Source: Candidatus Xenobia bacterium (lineage in GTDB: Bacteria > Vulcanimicrobiota > Xenobia > Xenobiales > QWHO01). From it: a stretch of 64,000 nt of DNA. Position numbers and translations under genes: made by a program. The stretch is taken from positions 64,001 to 128,000 of the forward strand of contig BTUM01000008.1 of NCBI GenBank assembly GCA_045863235.1. Direction: 5' to 3'. Position 1 is the first letter of the stretch. The number at the start of each line of letters is the position of its first letter. This document shows positions 60,585-64,000 of this stretch, piece by piece. The notes below the pieces were generated by a model that saw only the letters and a list, made by a program, of their open reading frames with translations, had not been told where the DNA came from and ran no database searches.

Positions 60585-61103
60585 TCAGCGCACGGCAACG
60601 GCCAGTTGCAGCAGCTTGGAGCTGGCTTTCAGCCCGGCGGCGTCGAGGGCCTTGGAGTTGATCGCGAAGCGAACCCGGTTGCGCTCGGTCACGAGGCCGA
60701 TGGCGCCGCCCTTTTCGGTGAAGCCGGGAATGTCGCTGATGGTCAGCACGGAGAGGCCCTTCAGCCCCGTCACGATGGCCTCCACCTTGGCAGCCTCGGT
60801 CTCGGCCACGAACACGGCGGCACAGCTCCGGGCATCGCCCACGCTCTTGAGGGGCACGACGGAGACCTTCTTCCCTCGAACCGTCTTGGCTTCCAGAGCC
60901 TTCAGCTCGCCGCTGATGGCGTGCTCGCCGAGCACCCCGACGACCACGGTCTCTTTCTCGCTGGGCCACTCCACGAACTTGAGGAAGTTGAGCACGAAAG
61001 CGCTCTTGATCTGATACTCGCGCGGCTGCGCCACGGCAGGCACCAGCAACAGCGCCAACAGAACCAGGGCGGGCAGACGACGGCTCAGAAGGTCCAATTC
61101 CAC
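60585..61103 (-). CDS. YfiR/DUF4154 family periplasmic protein
   Basis: EYQIKSAFVLNFLKFVEWP, VRFAIN, SSKLLQLA. Confidence 0.9.
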   Translation of the reverse strand: MELDLLSRRLPALVLLALLLVPAVAQPREYQIKSAFVLNFLKFVEWPSEKETVVVGVLGEHAISGELKALEAKTVRGKKVSVVPLKSVGDARSCAAVFVAETEAAKVEAIVTGLKGLSVLTISDIPGFTEKGGAIGLVTERNRVRFAINSKALDAAGLKASSKLLQLAVAVR

Positions 61104-62152
61104 GCTCCACTCAACATCCAGCGTGTCCGTAACTGGGGTCCTGAGAGATTCTGGTAAATGGGCACGCCTCCTTCCACCGAGAAGCGATGACCATGGCCCT
61201 CGTCATCGACTCCCAGAGCGAAGTTCACGCCCAGCAATGCGTCCAGCCGGGTGCCGGCCTGCAAGGTGGGATCGGAGTTCGGGTTGGCGGCCGGATTGAG
61301 CTCCGGGTCCCGGCCCCGAACGTTTCCCCAGGTCGAGCCGCGCAGACGCACAGAGGGACTGAACGAATCGCTGACCCGGGGAGAGACCCAGCCGGTCACG
61401 GACAAATTGTCCGGGGGAGACCATCCGCGCGAGTTGCGGTAGGGATGAACCAGCCCGCGCACCTGGCAGCCCCAGTTCATGCTGTCGGTGTTCCCCAGGT
61501 AGGTCACGGCCCCGATCAGGTCGACCGTGCCCGAGCCGAGTTGCATGGGATACTCCAGTAGCTGGTTGGGATTGGTGGGCGTTGGGTAGCGCACGTCGAT
61601 CTGGCCGGTGGGAAAGCTCAGCCCGCCTTCGACCTGGATGCGATGCGGATAGTCGTCGAAGAGCGGAGTGATGGCCGTGAGGCTGATGTCTCCCAGTCCA
61701 TCCGAGTAGGTGGTGAAGGACTGCCCGGCGCGGTTGAGGTGGGGCATCGACATGCTGGTGTAGGGGATCATCAGGTTCAAGGTCACGTCGTCGGTGACGC
61801 CGTACATGACCATCAGCATCGTCATGTCCATCTGCATGGAGGTGTGGATGGTAGGGAACTGGCCCAGAACCTGGGCGTTGCTGACCGAGGTGGTGCCCAC
61901 CAGGTTGCCGTCTTGCTCGAGGTGCATCTGGGACAGGCCCACCATCCAGTCGCCCTCCCAGTGCCAGTGGGCGCCAGGAACAGTGACCTGGACCACGTCC
62001 AGCATCATCAGCTGCTCCAGGTCGAGGTCCAGCAGGTCGTCCGACCCCTGGGCGTTCTGACTTCCCTTGCCGCAGGTGGCGCAACCCTGCTGGGCCGCAC
62101 CAGGCACAGAGAGAAGCAGCAAACCGAGCAAGAAAGCGACGATGCCTTTCAC
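61085..62152 (-). CDS. Outer-membrane beta-barrel, Met/His-rich (phenol-MetA/SphA-like)
   Basis: Signal peptide, GLGDI, FPTG, YPMQLGSGTVD, C-terminal WNWTF. Confidence 0.7.
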   Translation of the reverse strand: MKGIVAFLLGLLLLSVPGAAQQGCATCGKGSQNAQGSDDLLDLDLEQLMMLDVVQVTVPGAHWHWEGDWMVGLSQMHLEQDGNLVGTTSVSNAQVLGQFPTIHTSMQMDMTMLMVMYGVTDDVTLNLMIPYTSMSMPHLNRAGQSFTTYSDGLGDISLTAITPLFDDYPHRIQVEGGLSFPTGQIDVRYPTPTNPNQLLEYPMQLGSGTVDLIGAVTYLGNTDSMNWGCQVRGLVHPYRNSRGWSPPDNLSVTGWVSPRVSDSFSPSVRLRGSTWGNVRGRDPELNPAANPNSDPTLQAGTRLDALLGVNFALGVDDEGHGHRFSVEGGVPIYQNLSGPQLRTRWMLSGAWNWTF

Positions 62153-62256
62153 AGCGAGCCGCGATTCTGCCGCTCGAGGACAGGTTCCTGCCGTCCGGAA
62201 GGTCAACGCCAGGGGTGAGAGAATCTCAGCCGACTTTCTCGCGAGGAGGAGCCGAG

Positions 62257-63885
62257 GTGTCTGAAATCTGGCAACGAGCCACCGACTTTGCCTGTCAGGA
62301 GCTGGGCTGGGGCCGGGCCCTGGTGGTGGACGTGGTGCGCTCAGCCACCGGAGCGACCCTGCAACCGGTTCACGCGGTCGGACTCGACCCGGCCGCGGCC
62401 TGGCAAGACGAATCGGTCAACGACCTCATCGACGAGGCCTTCTCGGCCAAAGCCTTGCATCGCGCCGAAGGCTGCTGGTGCTTGCCGGTGCTCGATCACC
62501 GCGGTCGGGTAGCCCTGCTGCTGTACGCTGACCAGCCGGCCACCCCCCCGCCACCCGATCTTTCGGCCCGCCTGCTGGCCGGGGCCAGCGAGTTAAGCCT
62601 GGCGATCGGCCAGGTGGGCCCGAGCGAGGGCCAGGCACTGGGCCCGGGAGCCCAGGTGGCAGGACGCTACGTGGTGGATCAGCAGCTGCTCTCATGCCGC
62701 TTCTCCACCCTCTACAGGGCACACGACCGGGCCACCGGCAGCTCGCTGGTGCTGCGCCACCTGGAAGACCCGGACAAGAGCCGCGAGGCGCGGCTGCAGA
62801 CTCTGCGCGAGGGGCGCACGCTGCACCGCCTGCGCCACCGCAACCTGCCCCGCGTCCTGGACGTGGTCGAGGACCAGGGCCACATCTACGTTGTGCTCGA
62901 GGACGTCACCGGTATGACCTTACAGGCCACGGTGGAGAAAGAGGGCCCCCTGCAGCCCGAGCTGATCCGCCGCTATCTCAAGCAGTTCCTGTCGGTGCTG
63001 GACTACTTGCACGGCCAGACGCCCCCCATCGTGCACCGCGACCTTCGTCCCGAGACGGTTCTGGTCAGCCGACACGGGGTGCTCAAAGTGGCCGAGTTCG
63101 GACTGGCCAAGCTGGGCCAGGAAAGCCAGGGCGGAGCTCGCACCGCCTTCAAAGCCCACGGGCATCCACGCTATGCCGCCCCGGAGCAGCTGCTGGGCGA
63201 TACCAGCCATCCCCGCAACGACCTCTACGCGGTGGGGGCCATGCTCTACTTCCTGGCCACCGGCACCGCCCCGCCCGAGGCGATGAAGCGCTTCAGTTCC
63301 AACAGCCCTCTGCCTTCGCCCGGGCCTGAGTTTCCGGCCGACCTGGCCGCGACCATCGACAAGCTGACCACGGCCGACTCCAAAGCGCGCCCGCAGTCAG
63401 TGACCGAGGTGCTGCAGTGGCTATCGGCCGGGCCGACCCTGCCGGCCGCCGCGGTGGAGGAGATCTCCGTGCCGGAGAGCCTGGCCGCTTTGCCCGAGCA
63501 GCCCGCCCCGGCGGTGCCCCGCAAGCCGTCCATGTGGCAACTCCTCTTCGGCAAGAAGAAGGCTGCCGGGCCATCGGCCCAGGCCCGGGTGCCCCGGGTC
63601 GACCTGGCCAGGATGGACTTCGAGCGCGAGGTGGGGCGACTGTTGCCGGAAACCGTCTCGCGCGCCATCGGCGGCGTGGCGGTGCGGCGCATCGGAGCCT
63701 CGGAGATCACCGTGGCCGTCAAGGACCCCTCCGACCCGCAGATCTACGACGCCATCAGCTGCGGAACCCGGGGCCTTTATACGCCCACCGTGGTGGCGGC
63801 CGACCCCGAGCTGATCGACCGGGCCCAGGAGTTCATCTATCGCAGCGAGTTCGGCAGCTGGGTGCGCTTCTTGCAGCCCGCTTAA
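62257..63885 (+). CDS. GAF-like + Ser/Thr pseudokinase + PilB-N (T2SSE_N/MshEN-type) domain
   Basis: LRHRNLP, HRDLRPET, EFG, APE, DLYAVG; C-terminal ITVAVKDPSD domain resembles PilB N-domain. Confidence 0.8.
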   Translation: MSEIWQRATDFACQELGWGRALVVDVVRSATGATLQPVHAVGLDPAAAWQDESVNDLIDEAFSAKALHRAEGCWCLPVLDHRGRVALLLYADQPATPPPPDLSARLLAGASELSLAIGQVGPSEGQALGPGAQVAGRYVVDQQLLSCRFSTLYRAHDRATGSSLVLRHLEDPDKSREARLQTLREGRTLHRLRHRNLPRVLDVVEDQGHIYVVLEDVTGMTLQATVEKEGPLQPELIRRYLKQFLSVLDYLHGQTPPIVHRDLRPETVLVSRHGVLKVAEFGLAKLGQESQGGARTAFKAHGHPRYAAPEQLLGDTSHPRNDLYAVGAMLYFLATGTAPPEAMKRFSSNSPLPSPGPEFPADLAATIDKLTTADSKARPQSVTEVLQWLSAGPTLPAAAVEEISVPESLAALPEQPAPAVPRKPSMWQLLFGKKKAAGPSAQARVPRVDLARMDFEREVGRLLPETVSRAIGGVAVRRIGASEITVAVKDPSDPQIYDAISCGTRGLYTPTVVAADPELIDRAQEFIYRSEFGSWVRFLQPA

Positions 63886-63887
63886 AG

Positions 63888-64000
63888 TTAGCGGTAAAGA
63901 CGCGCCAACTTGCCCGAGTCGATCAGCCCGCTGAGGGCGTCGATGGTCTCGGGGTGATGGCGGGAGATGCGCTCGGCATAGAAGGCGCGCGTGTTCTCCT
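63888..64000 (-). CDS. 3' end of a CDS running off the window
   Basis: Minus frame ENTRAFYAERISRHHPETIDALSGLIDSGKLARLYR* with host codon usage. Confidence 0.6.
   Translation of the reverse strand, partial: ENTRAFYAERISRHHPETIDALSGLIDSGKLARLYR

Overview
GC-rich bacterial chromosomal window, mostly core genes, with no mobile elements, CRISPR arrays, rRNA or tRNA that I can recognise. Gene order (atp-murA-mreB-like, rplU-prp, ftsA-nrdR, punA-pdp) is Terrabacteria-like, while TamB, an MsbA-like ABC transporter and an outer-membrane barrel imply a diderm envelope. An Eremiobacterota/Armatimonadota-like host is my inference, not a database result. Contents: F1Fo ATP synthase operon (b and b'), murA, divergent mreB, Uma2, Ser/Thr kinase, TamB, double PilZ, MoxR-DUF58-transglutaminase, a two-component system, ftsZ, TPR-HD-GYP, amidase, hydrolases, Fpg, surface-polysaccharide genes, accB, a HisRS-like gene, pdp, punA, nrdR, ftsA, rplU-prp-lspA, and a type IV pilus/c-di-GMP cluster. 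Most interesting: (1) a HisRS paralog that has lost the class II ATP-binding residues but kept the histidine pocket, carries a ~330-aa Arg/Ser/Tyr/acidic disordered tail, and sits head-to-head with a candidate 190-300 nt structured RNA with its own promoter; (2) two unrelated orphan proteins sharing a gapless C-terminal motif, a candidate sorting signal; (3) a pseudokinase fused to a PilB-N-like domain near the pilus genes; (4) nrdR apparently starting at CTG; (5) other degenerate enzymes, split operons and a 3x28-bp repeat in the rplU leader. All calls come from motif recognition by eye; no searches were run.
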